Below are positions 21,983-32,358 of a DNA stretch of 64,000 bases, piece after piece. The stretch comes from Caecitellus pseudoparvulus (taxonomy: Eukaryota > Protista > Bigyra: Bicosoecida), in the NCBI GenBank assembly GCA_965644315.1, contig CBFFRQ010000064.1:124001-188000 (forward strand). Direction: 5' to 3'. The notes under the pieces were generated by a model. It was not told the origin of the DNA. It saw only the letters and a program-made list of their open reading frames with translations, and did no database searches. The translations under genes and the position numbers were made by a program. Numbering within the stretch: the first letter of the stretch is position 1; every line of letters begins with the position of its first letter.

Positions 21983-22337
21983 GGTTCAAACTCCCTCAAT
22001 TCGCGAAGGCGCTCACACCGCCAGCAGACAAATAGATCACGAAGGAGTGCGAAGTGAACTTCGGGCAGGGTTGCATTGCTGCCGGGAATCACGCACAGGG
22101 GGGGCAGGGGACGGGGCGAGCCCCCTTCCCAGGCCTCCTCCGCAGGCCACGCTGCCACGACACACTTGACCCACCACTACCGTCCCTAGTGGACGCACAG
22201 CGTGGCCAGGGGGCACACTGGCACCTAGTACCAGGCCCCCAGCCACTGCGCGCATTGGTGGGCCTGCCATGCCGCGCCAGCACACCCCGCAGGTGAGGCT
22301 GGGCAGGGGGCGCTCCGCCGGCGCCAGGGCAGCCGCC

Positions 22338-23623
22338 TCAGATGAAGTAATCGGGGGCGGGCTTCTTGGCGGGGATGCCGCGCGCCTCCTGCGGCGCCGC
22401 CTCGAAGATCTTGAAGGAGCGGTCCAGGTTCTCGTCCAGCTCCAGGATGGCGGCGACGTTGCCACAGCGGTAGCAGTAGTTCGGGGCGGACCACACGGTT
22501 GCCAGGCTGCCGTTGAACATCCACTTGTACCCCTCCATGACCAGCTGGTGGGCACGGCAGATGAGGTTCAGGTTGTTCAGCATGTTGAACTTGTCCACGA
22601 CGTCGGCCCCGAACAGGTACCCGGCGCCGCGCGGGGACAGGCCCCAGCCGTCGATGTCCTCGGGGTCGGACCACATGAGGTCGCACATGGCGCCGTCGTG
22701 GGGCACCTCCTGCTTGCGGTCGATGATGCGGATCTGGTCCAGCGTGTTGATGCTGGGGGACAGCCCGCCGTGCACGCAGAAGATCTTGTCGGCGATGATG
22801 GCTGACAGGGACAGGAAGTCGAAGATCTCCGTGCAGTACCGCCACACGTTCACGCTGCCGTACTTGCGCAGGCACTCGTCGTAGAAGCCGTACACCTGGG
22901 TAATCTGACGGCTCTCGTGGTTGCCACGGATCAGGGTGATGCGGTCGGGGTACCGAACCTGGGAAGGTGTGCGTGGTGCGGGGAAAGGTGCCAGTGGGAA
23001 TGCGTGGGTGACGGAAGTGCTCCCAGGAACGCCCTGCGAGCGCCCGCCGCGCATCGCGGCCCAATGGCCCGCGCAAATGCTGAAGGGCACACACTGCAGG
23101 GCATCCGCGCGCTTGCACGGCGGCGGAAGGGTGTCCTCGCACGGTGGCGGCCGCAGTGCAAACGCGGCCTGCACTGCACCACGCCAGCAGGAACTCACCT
23201 TCAGTGCCAGCAGCAGCAAGAAGGTCTCCACAGAGTAAAAGCCGCGGTCCACAAAGTCACCCAGGAACAGGTAGTTAGTGTCGGGGGGTGAGCCGCCCAC
23301 CTTCAACAGCTGCGGCGCAGAGAACAGTTGAGGGTGGCGGCGGGCGGGCGTTGGTGCAGGTGCGCAGCGCAAGTCAGCTGCACTCGCCAGTGCGCCTGCA
23401 CCCCCCCCGCACGGCTTGTGGCACCCACCTCCAACAGGTCGTAGAACTGGCCGTGCACGTCACCTACGACAGCGACAGGCGCCGCCACACGCTGCACGTT
23501 GCTCTCGTCAACGAGGATCTCCCGTGCACGATCACACAGGGCCTTCACCTCGCTCTCCTTGAGGTATTCGCAGCGCTTCAGCTGCTCAATCTGCCGGTCC
23601 AGGTCGGAAATAGCAGATGCCAT
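22338..23623 (-). CDS. PPP4C: Ser/Thr protein phosphatase 4 catalytic subunit (introns 23310-23428, 22959-23198)
   Basis: [47 protein letters not shown]-terminus [14 protein letters not shown]. Confidence 0.95.
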
Positions 23624-24642
23624 GGTGGCTGTGTCTCTAGACTTCTCTCTGCGGCTTGCAGGCTGAACTCAGAAGCGTGCCACGTAACGTACTCGAAACG
23701 CGCAACTGCCCTGGAGCGTGGGGTTCAACAAGTGTGCTTCAGCGGACATGCAGACATGTCAGCCAGGTTCGCGTGAGATCTGATGGATTGTGGTTTTGCG
23801 CCCAACGAGTTCCTGTGATCCGCGTTGCCATTGTTCAAAGGGGGGCAAGCCCGGTGCACTTCCAGCACTGCATCCGTGCTTCGCCTGAGCAGAGATGCAG
23901 TGCACACGGAGGGGCACTATATATCGGAAGCCAATCTCTACACAATTTTGCACGTGCTCGGCCCGGGTTTCGTTCACTCCTGACTTTGACACTGCTGGTG
24001 TTTCACGGGCGTTTCGCGTCCACGCGACAAGGCACAACATCGCAGAACGGCAAGACCTTCAAGAACGCCTGATATTGCAGGTTGATGCCTGCATTCCAAG
24101 CGTTGTCATGCTCTGCCTGCCAGCTCCCTAGCATGAAGCATTCGGCGCAGGCTCTCAAAGGGCCAGGCACAGAGCTGACAAACGAAGTCTAGAAGGCCCT
24201 TGCCGTAGCTCTAAGGGCTGCACAGGGGAGAAAAAACCTTGCGTGCGCAACAGAACAAGGAGCAGCGAGCTGATACATCCAGCCTGGCTGCCTGACTCGC
24301 GCACGCGCCTGGAGCACGCCGTCCCCAGCGTGACTCAATGCCACGCACTGCGCTCTGAGCCAAGTGGAGGCCTCCCTCGCTGGATGCACTCGGGCTGACT
24401 TGCTGGCCGGGCCAGGTTTGTGTCTCACTCCCATCCGCACCACGCGCCATGTCAGGGTGGCCCCTCACGTCGCGATGTGCGGGGCAGGGGGGCTATGGGT
24501 CACACTGCCAAGGGGGGTATTGGGCGGCGGCCCACACTTTGCCGTGGCGGGCCACATTCGCACTGCACACTGTTGACCACGTGCCTGTCCCACTTGCTCA
24601 CCTGGGCCCCTTGTGCACCTGATCGAGTCACCCACTCCAGCC

Positions 24643-25188
24643 ATGGCTTCCTCCAGTAGCAGCAGCGGGAAGGTGGTTGGTGAGTCTGTGACGGAGTACT
24701 TCAAGGAGCATGCAGACGACGTCTTCGTGGTTGAGGATGTCCGCTACTACTGCCTGAACGTCGGAATGGTCACAGACAGTGCTGTGGAGGCTGCCGACAA
24801 GAACCCCCTTCTGCTTCTACATCCCATGATGTGGTTCTTGGGAGCGGCCCACCTCGCGCAGAAGGCAGCAGCACGAGTCACCACCGGCTGTGCCAACGAG
24901 CACTGGTACATCGTCCTGAAGAACGTCACCACAGGCGACTCCTTCCTCCTGGAGTACACCACTGAGGGTGTCATCAAAGGTGGCGAGCCGCTCCCTAACC
25001 GCAAGAACTACCATCTGAACTCAACGTGGTACACTTCCTGCACCAGCACCAAGCGCAAGGGTGCCAAGATCCACGCCTTCCTGAGGGACTCGGGGTGGCC
25101 CACCAAGAAGTACAACATCTACACTGGAGGCAACTGCCAGAAGTTTGTCAAGGAGTTCACAGAGGCCTTCGAGGACAGGATGGGCTGA
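24643..25188 (+). CDS. 181-aa putative permuted papain-like (PPPDE/LRAT, H...NC) peptidase or acyl-enzyme, copy 1
   Basis: EHWYIVL...LLEY...YNIYTGGNCQKFV. His precedes NC as in the circularly permuted NlpC/P60 fold. Intronless. Confidence 0.6.
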   Translation: MASSSSSSGKVVGESVTEYFKEHADDVFVVEDVRYYCLNVGMVTDSAVEAADKNPLLLLHPMMWFLGAAHLAQKAAARVTTGCANEHWYIVLKNVTTGDSFLLEYTTEGVIKGGEPLPNRKNYHLNSTWYTSCTSTKRKGAKIHAFLRDSGWPTKKYNIYTGGNCQKFVKEFTEAFEDRMG

Positions 25189-26001
25189 GTACGGCGCTGC
25201 TACAGCGCCACCAGCCACCGCCAATGCATCTCCTGGCCCCACGCACACGTGGCCTGCACACCCTGTCCACACTGCACTGCTGCTGTGCAGCCTGTTCCCA
25301 CGCAGCGTGGTCGCTGCAGCCCACGCTGTGGTGTGCTGGCCAGGTTCCAGCGCCGTGACTCGCGGATTTTGAATCTCGGCGCGCCGGTCCCCACCAGGGC
25401 AAGCAGCGCGGCCAGTGCGCCCCATGGCGCACGGCATGGCCCTGCAGTGCGTGGCATGACCATGCACTACACAGCGCAGCCCTAGAACCCGCTTCAATGG
25501 GCCCCCGCAAGCACAGAAAAACTGGCAAACGTGGCCTGCACGCCGTGCCAGGCGTCACCTCAATACCAAACCACGGCCACAGCCACCTCCATCACGCCCA
25601 CCACACAGCGACACCCACCCAGTACACAGGCATCACCACCTGCCTGCCGTGCAGGGCATGCGTCCCGCGGGCCGCCCGGGCCGGCACTCCACTGCCACCG
25701 GGTGAGGTGTGGTGCTGGGTCGACTTGAGGCGAGTCTGTGCCAGTGGCCACGCGGGCTCAGCGCCCACGCCACTGGCTCCTGCTAGGTGCACGCCACCAC
25801 GCGCCATGGCCGGGTGGCCCCTCACGTCATGGCCTGCGGGCGGGAGGGGGGTCACGAGACACCCTGCGAAGGGGGGCACAGGAGGGCGCCACACACTGTG
25901 CCGTGGCGGGCACATCCCACACTGCACACTGTCGACCTCGCGCCTGCCCCACTTGCTCACCTGGACCCCTTGTGCACCTGATCGAGTCACCCACTCCAGC
26001 C

Positions 26002-26547
26002 ATGGCTTCCTCCAGCAGCAGTGGCAAGGGTTGCGGAGGCAACGCAGTGCTGGACTACTTCGAGGAGCATGGAGACGACGTCTTCGTGGTTGAGGATGTG
26101 CGGTACTACTGCCTGAACATCGGAATGGCCACAGACAATGCTATCGAGGACGCGCACGAACAACCCCTTCTGTGGCTATTTCCACCGACGTGGATGTGGG
26201 GAGCAGCCCACCTCACGCAGAAGGCCGCAGCACGAGTCACGACCGGCTGTGCCAACGAGCACTGGTACATCGTCCTGAAGAACGTCACCACAGGCGACTC
26301 CTTCCTCCTGGAGTACACCACTGAGGGCGTCATCAAAGGTGGCGAGCCGCTCCCTGGCCGCAAGAACTACCACCTGGACTCAATGTGGTACACTTCCTGC
26401 ACCGGCACCAAGCGCAAGGGTACCAAGATCCACGCCTTCCTGAGGGACTCTGGGTGGTCCAACAAGACCTACAACCTCTACACTGGAGGCAACTGTCAGA
26501 AGTTCGTGAAGGCCTTCACCAAGGCCTTCGAGGACAGGATGGGCTGA
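26002..26547 (+). CDS. 181-aa putative permuted papain-like (PPPDE/LRAT, H...NC) protein, copy 2
   Basis: Paralog of 24643-25188, ~80% aa identity by manual alignment. Same EHWYIVL and YNLYTGGNCQKF motifs. Confidence 0.6.
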   Translation: MASSSSSGKGCGGNAVLDYFEEHGDDVFVVEDVRYYCLNIGMATDNAIEDAHEQPLLWLFPPTWMWGAAHLTQKAAARVTTGCANEHWYIVLKNVTTGDSFLLEYTTEGVIKGGEPLPGRKNYHLDSMWYTSCTGTKRKGTKIHAFLRDSGWSNKTYNLYTGGNCQKFVKAFTKAFEDRMG

Positions 26548-27465
26548 GCACGGCACTGCTACAGCGCCACCAGCCACCGCCAATGCACCTCCTGGCCTCA
26601 TGTACAGGTGGTCTGCACGCCCTGTCCACACCGTACTGCTGCTGTGCAGCCTGTTCCCACGCAGCGTCGTCGCTGCAGCCCATGCTGTGGTGTGCTGGCC
26701 AGGTTCCAGCGCAGTGACTCGCGCGGATTTTGACCCACGCCACGCCAGTCACCACCAGGCCAAGCAACACGGCCAGTGCGCCTCATGGCACACGGCACGA
26801 CCCTGCCGTGCATGGAGGATGCAATTTCTCGTTGTCTGACTCGCAGCTTGTCATTCACTATGTCTTTGAGCTGGTGTTGGCGCTTCGAAGGGAATGGGCC
26901 GCCGCCTCCTTCCCTGCTGCACTACACAGCTCCCACTCATGGCTCTTTTCCCGCTTTGGCGTGCTCGGGGGCGTCGGAGCCGGGAAGGGTGAGCGGAAGT
27001 TGGATTGAGAAGGTCGCATGCGGCCTGCCGTAACACCAGTCCCTCGAGCCAGGGTGCGTGCCCGTTCAACCGACTGATGGGACAAGGACAATTCCTTTAC
27101 CCACCTTATGTCCCACGATTGTGTCCCTTGGAGTCTTCTAGTGATCTGCTTTCCATGCTGGCTCCAAAGAGTCAAACGTGGCGTACACCAGCTCAATGGG
27201 CTTATTGCATGCTGGCTAATGTACAGGGGATGTAAAGAAAGCGAGCTGGGTGCAGCTCTGACCCGTAGCTGCATGTGCGTCACCATGGGTGACTGACGGC
27301 CTTGCGCTGGCTTGATGTCGAGCAATGGATTATGCCTGCAAAACCTCATGTCGAGCATGCGGGGTCGAGCCCCCAAAAGAGCAGTTCAACGGTTCACACG
27401 ATGCATACAAAAAGAAACTTAACTAGCTTTCGCGTACTGCACGCTTGTGATGCAGAGCCTCTTGC

Positions 27466-30282
27466 ATGAAGAGCCGCACAGTGAGTGAAAGGCGTGGCGT
27501 GGGAGTTTCACGCGAAACTGCCATTCTGCTCGAGGGGATACCCACACCAAGCGGGCCAGCGAGTGAAGACAGTCCGGCCAAGCAGTGCAAGGCCACTAAT
27601 CACATGTCACAAAGGGGATTTAGCGCGCACGGGCCACCAGCAAGTGTCGCTGGCCCCTCAGATGCTGAGGAAGCATGGTCTCGGCACGGGTTGCCGGACT
27701 CAGCGGCGCTGGCGCTGCTGTCCGGCGCCGCTGGTGAAGCCGACGCAGCATTGCAGGGTGGAACGACGGCGTGGGCTTGCGCCGTGTGCACGCTGCACAA
27801 CGACGCAGGTGCTCTGCAGTGCGGTGCTTGTGGCGCGACGCCGTCGAGTGTGCCCCAGAGGTGTCCAGTCCCAGCAACAGCCCCCCCCCTCCCCGTGGAG
27901 TCGTCAGCCCCATTCTCTGCGGCTGGAGGGAGCGCTGCCCACTTAAGCGAGGACGGCGTGCTGCATGGGCCGCTGGCGCTGCCTTCGTTGGAGGAGGAGG
28001 CGCGCACTGCGTTGCAGGCCGTCAACACCTGCTGCGCCGCTGATGGCCTGCCCTTCACCAGCACCACCTTTCCGCCGACGCAAAGCAGCCTTGGGGCCTC
28101 GCTCACATCGCGTCTGGCACAGCAGGGCATTTCCGTGTCTTGGCAGCGCCCACGCGACATTTCTCCTTTTGACGGGGCGCCAGCGGCGACACGTGAGGCA
28201 GGGACGGCAGGAGCATGGCAGCTGCTGAGTGGCGGGCGCATGCAAGGGCTAGATGTGCAGCAGGGCACACTGGGCAACTGCACGTCCCTCTCTGCGCTGT
28301 GCACCGTTGCGGAGGGCGACCCTGAAGCAGCTGCACGGTTGTTCGTGAGCACAGCTACTTCGCCCAATGGAGTGTACCAGGTTCGCCTCTGCATCAATGG
28401 CATGTGGCGTGTAGTTACGGTGGATGACTGCCTCCCAGTCAGTAGCCAGTCTGGAGCACTCCTGCTGGGCTGTGCTCGGCGTGGCTATTTGTGGCTGAGC
28501 ATTTTGGAGAAGGCCACTGCAGCGGTTGCGTGCGAGGGGTACGCCTCCCTGCAGGGGCGTTCCTCTGCAGCTGCATTCCGGCTCTTCACGGGCATGCCAG
28601 TCGATGTCATTCAAGTCGGTTTCGGCAGTACACACACCGAGCAAGGCATGTGGCGCTGGATGGGCGGCAGCGGTGCAACTGCCCTGCCGCCGACAATTGC
28701 CGATCCCCACGAGCTTGATGCGTTCTGGGCACGCCTTGAGTCAGCAGCAGAGGCTGGCTACCTCCTGACAGCAGATACGGCGCTACATCCGGAGAGCATA
28801 CGCAGCGACCTGTGTGCGGCAGGGCTGGCGGTGCCGTCCGAAGCCCACATTCAAGCGCTGGGCCTGTCCCTGAACCACAGCTTCAGCGTTGTGGGCCTGG
28901 AGTTGCTGCCCTTTGGTCCTGGAGGGGCCATGGCACGTGCTGTCCGCATTCGGAACCCACATGGCCGGTGCAAGTATTGCGGGCCATGGTCTTTCGGCGA
29001 CCCGCGGTTCTGGACAGCAGCTCGAAAGCAGGCCGCCGGAGTGCACGATCCCGCCCTCATGCAAGGCGCAGGGCTGGCACTGCTGCCGTTCAAGGTGTGG
29101 TGCAGCGTGTTCTGCCAAGTCACGATTGCACGTGTTCGGCCAGGGTGGCAGCGCACGGCAGTGAGCCTCGCTCTGCCGGCGTTCCACCCGGAAAGCCTGC
29201 GCGCTCTGCCGCCTGCGTCTGGCACGCGAGACTTGGTGCTTGAAGAGCTGTGGAGGGGGTTGCCCCCGTGCCCCGCCCTTGTGATCTCCGCGCCCACTTC
29301 AGATGCTGCTGTGTCAATGGAGGTCGTCCTCTCTCGCCGATGCGGTTGGCTGAAGCACAGGGCCGAGGCGGATACGCCTGTCCCGGTGTCGCAAGAGCAG
29401 GCGGTGGATTTGGGTGCCGTCGTGCTGGAGGGGGACCTGACTGCACCAGTGGCAGGCTTGGAATTGGGAGCTTTGCCGCGCGTCTTGCAGTGGCTGCCCC
29501 GCAGTGGGCACGAGGATTGGCAGTGCCATGGAGTGCAAGTGCAGCAGGCGAGGGAGCCGCTCACAACCGACAAGGTGACGCTGGTCCCGCTTTCCTTCGC
29601 CCTGCTGTCTCCTAGCAGGTACGACGATGAAGTGTCCCATCCAGTACTCAGCCAGCCTTCCTGGGCCAGTGCTGGATCAGGTGCCGCTCAGTGGGACTCT
29701 CATAGATTTCCCAAACCGGCGGCGAGTTGCAGTGACACCGGCTCGGGTCCCAGCGACAGGTTGCTGGAGCACGAGCGGGGTGCTGTGGTGGAAGTACATG
29801 CTCCAGTGCCCCTGAATCTCGCTGTACAGCAGCTGCCCATCTCCGCCCTGCGCACAGCGCTACTTGCACTGACCATGCAGCGCGGCAAGCGCGTGTCCCA
29901 AGGCACAGCCTTCGCAGGCTTTGTCATGCGGCTGCTGCACGAGCCATTTGGCGGCATCGTGCGCACGGTTGAGAACACGACAACAGACAAGGTCTTCGAA
30001 GTGACAGCGTTCTGGCACACTGAAGCTGCCTCGGCAGCCGACAGTGGAGTCTTGAGCACACGGGGAGCCGGCCACGAGAGCTTCGATCGCATCATGCCAG
30101 GCATGCGGCAAGTGATGCTGGTCCTCACCCCGACCAACTGCAAGCAGGCGTGTACGATTAGCATGCAGCACACGACGCGGTGTGTGCCGCTGGCCCAAGT
30201 GGACTTCACGACGCCGGGACACGTCCCAGCGGTGCAAGGCACCCTGCACGAGCCAGAGCCCTTGCCGAGCTCAAGCCTGTGA
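27466..30282 (+). CDS. SOL/calpain-15-like cysteine protease with N-terminal RanBP2-type zinc finger (alternative start 27604)
   Basis: WACAVCTLHN...QCGAC zinc finger; CysPc motifs QQGTLGNC, VTVDDCLP, LWLSILEKA, NHSFSV, IRNPHG; SOL-like C-terminal region. Confidence 0.85.
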   Translation: MKSRTVSERRGVGVSRETAILLEGIPTPSGPASEDSPAKQCKATNHMSQRGFSAHGPPASVAGPSDAEEAWSRHGLPDSAALALLSGAAGEADAALQGGTTAWACAVCTLHNDAGALQCGACGATPSSVPQRCPVPATAPPLPVESSAPFSAAGGSAAHLSEDGVLHGPLALPSLEEEARTALQAVNTCCAADGLPFTSTTFPPTQSSLGASLTSRLAQQGISVSWQRPRDISPFDGAPAATREAGTAGAWQLLSGGRMQGLDVQQGTLGNCTSLSALCTVAEGDPEAAARLFVSTATSPNGVYQVRLCINGMWRVVTVDDCLPVSSQSGALLLGCARRGYLWLSILEKATAAVACEGYASLQGRSSAAAFRLFTGMPVDVIQVGFGSTHTEQGMWRWMGGSGATALPPTIADPHELDAFWARLESAAEAGYLLTADTALHPESIRSDLCAAGLAVPSEAHIQALGLSLNHSFSVVGLELLPFGPGGAMARAVRIRNPHGRCKYCGPWSFGDPRFWTAARKQAAGVHDPALMQGAGLALLPFKVWCSVFCQVTIARVRPGWQRTAVSLALPAFHPESLRALPPASGTRDLVLEELWRGLPPCPALVISAPTSDAAVSMEVVLSRRCGWLKHRAEADTPVPVSQEQAVDLGAVVLEGDLTAPVAGLELGALPRVLQWLPRSGHEDWQCHGVQVQQAREPLTTDKVTLVPLSFALLSPSRYDDEVSHPVLSQPSWASAGSGAAQWDSHRFPKPAASCSDTGSGPSDRLLEHERGAVVEVHAPVPLNLAVQQLPISALRTALLALTMQRGKRVSQGTAFAGFVMRLLHEPFGGIVRTVENTTTDKVFEVTAFWHTEAASAADSGVLSTRGAGHESFDRIMPGMRQVMLVLTPTNCKQACTISMQHTTRCVPLAQVDFTTPGHVPAVQGTLHEPEPLPSSSL

Positions 30283-30656
30283 CAGCCTCCACCTTGAAGC
30301 TGAATGTTGCCAGTCCAAGGGCAACTTCTGCAGAGGATAGCTGTTGCTTGACTCAAGGTTCTCCGCACGGCGTTCTGGGCAGCTCTGTGCCACACCACGG
30401 TTGGGCTGTGCCAGCTTGCCCTGGTTGCCTGAGGGACGCGTTCTCACCTCGTGACACTTTCATGTCTGCGCCAATTCAACACACTTCGCAAGCCCCCTAC
30501 CGCTCAAGTGCCCTCTGTACACGCACACACTTGCCGCAGTCGCTCACAAAACTGCTCGCGAAAGCAAGCTTGCGCCAGAGCGCGAGCCTTGCAACGCCAT
30601 CTGGCCAAGGGGAACACAGGCTCCTACCTGAGAACCAGCCAATCCTAGTGGACACA

Positions 30657-32264
30657 ATGTCCACCATCAACATTATGCCTGAGTCGCAGAGCATCCGTGA
30701 CGAGGAGACGCTCCGGAAGCTGGTGGGAAGGTACGTGCGCCGAAACGCCGCTTGAAACGCCCTTTGCATCCTGTTGCTCATGCCGCCTCCCCGCGCGCCA
30801 CCACAGGCCACTCGTGCCGTTTTTCACCGAAGGTGACGTCGTTAACTCGGAGATGCTGTTAGAGGACCAGTGCGTGCCTAGCCGCCCCGCTGCGCCATGC
30901 CACCTCACACGGCAGACTGCACACTTGTGTGGCGCAGGACTCATGAAGATGTGACAGTGGCCGTGCGGCAGTGGAACGCAGACGGCTACTTCGAGGAAGC
31001 CAAGGGGTTGCGCACTGTGGGGCATGGTGCGCCTGCTTCGCACGCGGCTGCCTCAGCCTCCGGCGGGCGTGCTGGCCACACCCAGCAACGCGGGTCCAGG
31101 GCGCCGCCGCCGGCGCAGCGGTCTGACCGACGGCGCCGCAAGAAGGGCGTCAACTCCGGAGCACCCGCCCCTGCTGCGCCCAAAGCAGTGGGCATGGCTG
31201 CCCTGCAAGCTGCCGGACTGCCGACGGAGGTGGTGGCGAGCCTGGCGCAAGTGGTGGCCGATGGACAGGCGGCTGCCGCCAACTCTCTGGGCCTGCGGCC
31301 TGCCGCCCTGGACGCTTCGGCGCCTGGGGGCACCCCTGGCAGCATGGCCAAGCCTTCCAATGCGAAGAAGAAGAAAAAGAAGAAGGGAAAGAAGGGGGGC
31401 GCCTCAGGGGGGCCCAAGGGCCGAGCTGCCCAGCCAGTGCACCAGGTCGGCCACAGCGCTGGCGGCGTGGCCCCCACTGACTCTGTCGCCTGGTCCGCCT
31501 TCCAAGGTGCCGCTCCCAGTGCGGCAGCCTTGCCCGTGCCCACATTTGGCGAAGACAGCGACACAGAGGGGGAGGAGGTCGGGGGCACCCCCCCAGTGAC
31601 TGGTGCGTCGCCTGCCTTGACAGGGGTGATGGGGACCCCCGCCGCGGTGCCCGAGCCTGTGCCGAATAGCAGCCCTGCTCGCCCCTTGGATGGTGCTGCC
31701 TTCTTGGCTTCCCTGCGGGGCGCAGCACCGGTCCAAGACCAGCAGAACCAGCCTGCCCCTGCAATCCCCCAGGCACCAGCTCCGCAGCAGGCACCCATGC
31801 AGCATTCGCAGGCACAGCAGTATGCGGCGGCACGTGCGGCGCACACCCATGCCGTGGCCATGCGGCACCAGGCCGCAGCTGTGCAGGCTGCCTACCACCA
31901 GTACTATGCCCAGCAGGCAGCGGCGGGGTCCAGGCTGGCGCCCACAGCGACTCCTCTCCCACACCCGCCCCATCCGCCTGTCGAGGCTGGGCAAGCGCAG
32001 GGGGCGTCCCCCCTCCAAGTGCCGGCCAAGGCGCCCCCCACGGGGCCCTGGGGTGTCCCCCAAACGGCCAAGGCGTCCACCACATCCATCGCCTCGGCCC
32101 AGCTGGCCGCCAAGGCCGCTTCAAACGCACCACCCCGCCAATCTCAGCCTCCGGAAGCTGGCCGTGTGCAGCGAGGGGCTCCCTCTGTAACCAGCTTACT
32201 GCCCGCCTCGTTGGCAGCTCGGCGGGGCCGGCGCAAGGCCAAGACCAGGCCAGGCCTCCCGTGA
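30657..32264 (+). CDS. Hypothetical protein: small folded N-domain plus long low-complexity tail (introns 30731-30806, 30870-30937)
   Basis: Both introns have canonical ends and join MSTINIMPES..LVGR|PLVPFF..EDQ|THEDV in frame. Poly-Lys stretch could be an NLS. Confidence 0.65.
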
Positions 32265-32358
32265 CGCTCTGACAGCGGCCAGAGGCGGAGTGCGCCTGCA
32301 ATGCACGTGGCAGCTGGTGCGGTAGCGTGGGGTCTGCATTGTGCCTGCCAAGAGTGCA

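Larger units (their letters stand above)
24441..26815 (+). repeat. Direct duplication of a ~1.0-kb unit (~24441-25455 and ~25798-26815)
   Basis: Both copies share the upstream flank (CACGCGCCATG..GGTGGCCCCTCACGTC, CCTTGTGCACCTGATCGAGTCACCCACTCCAGCCATGG), the CDS, and the 3' flank to GGCCAGTGCGCCYCATGGCRCACGGCA. Offset 1,359 nt at the ATGs. Confidence 0.95.

Noticed and set aside
23650-27460. Transposon or endogenous virophage/virus
   Set aside because: No terminal inverted repeats, target-site duplication, integrase, transposase or capsid motifs seen.
5251-30282. Seven peptidase-like genes within 25 kb as a functional cluster
   Set aside because: They are unrelated families in different compartments, interspersed with other genes, which is consistent with chance.
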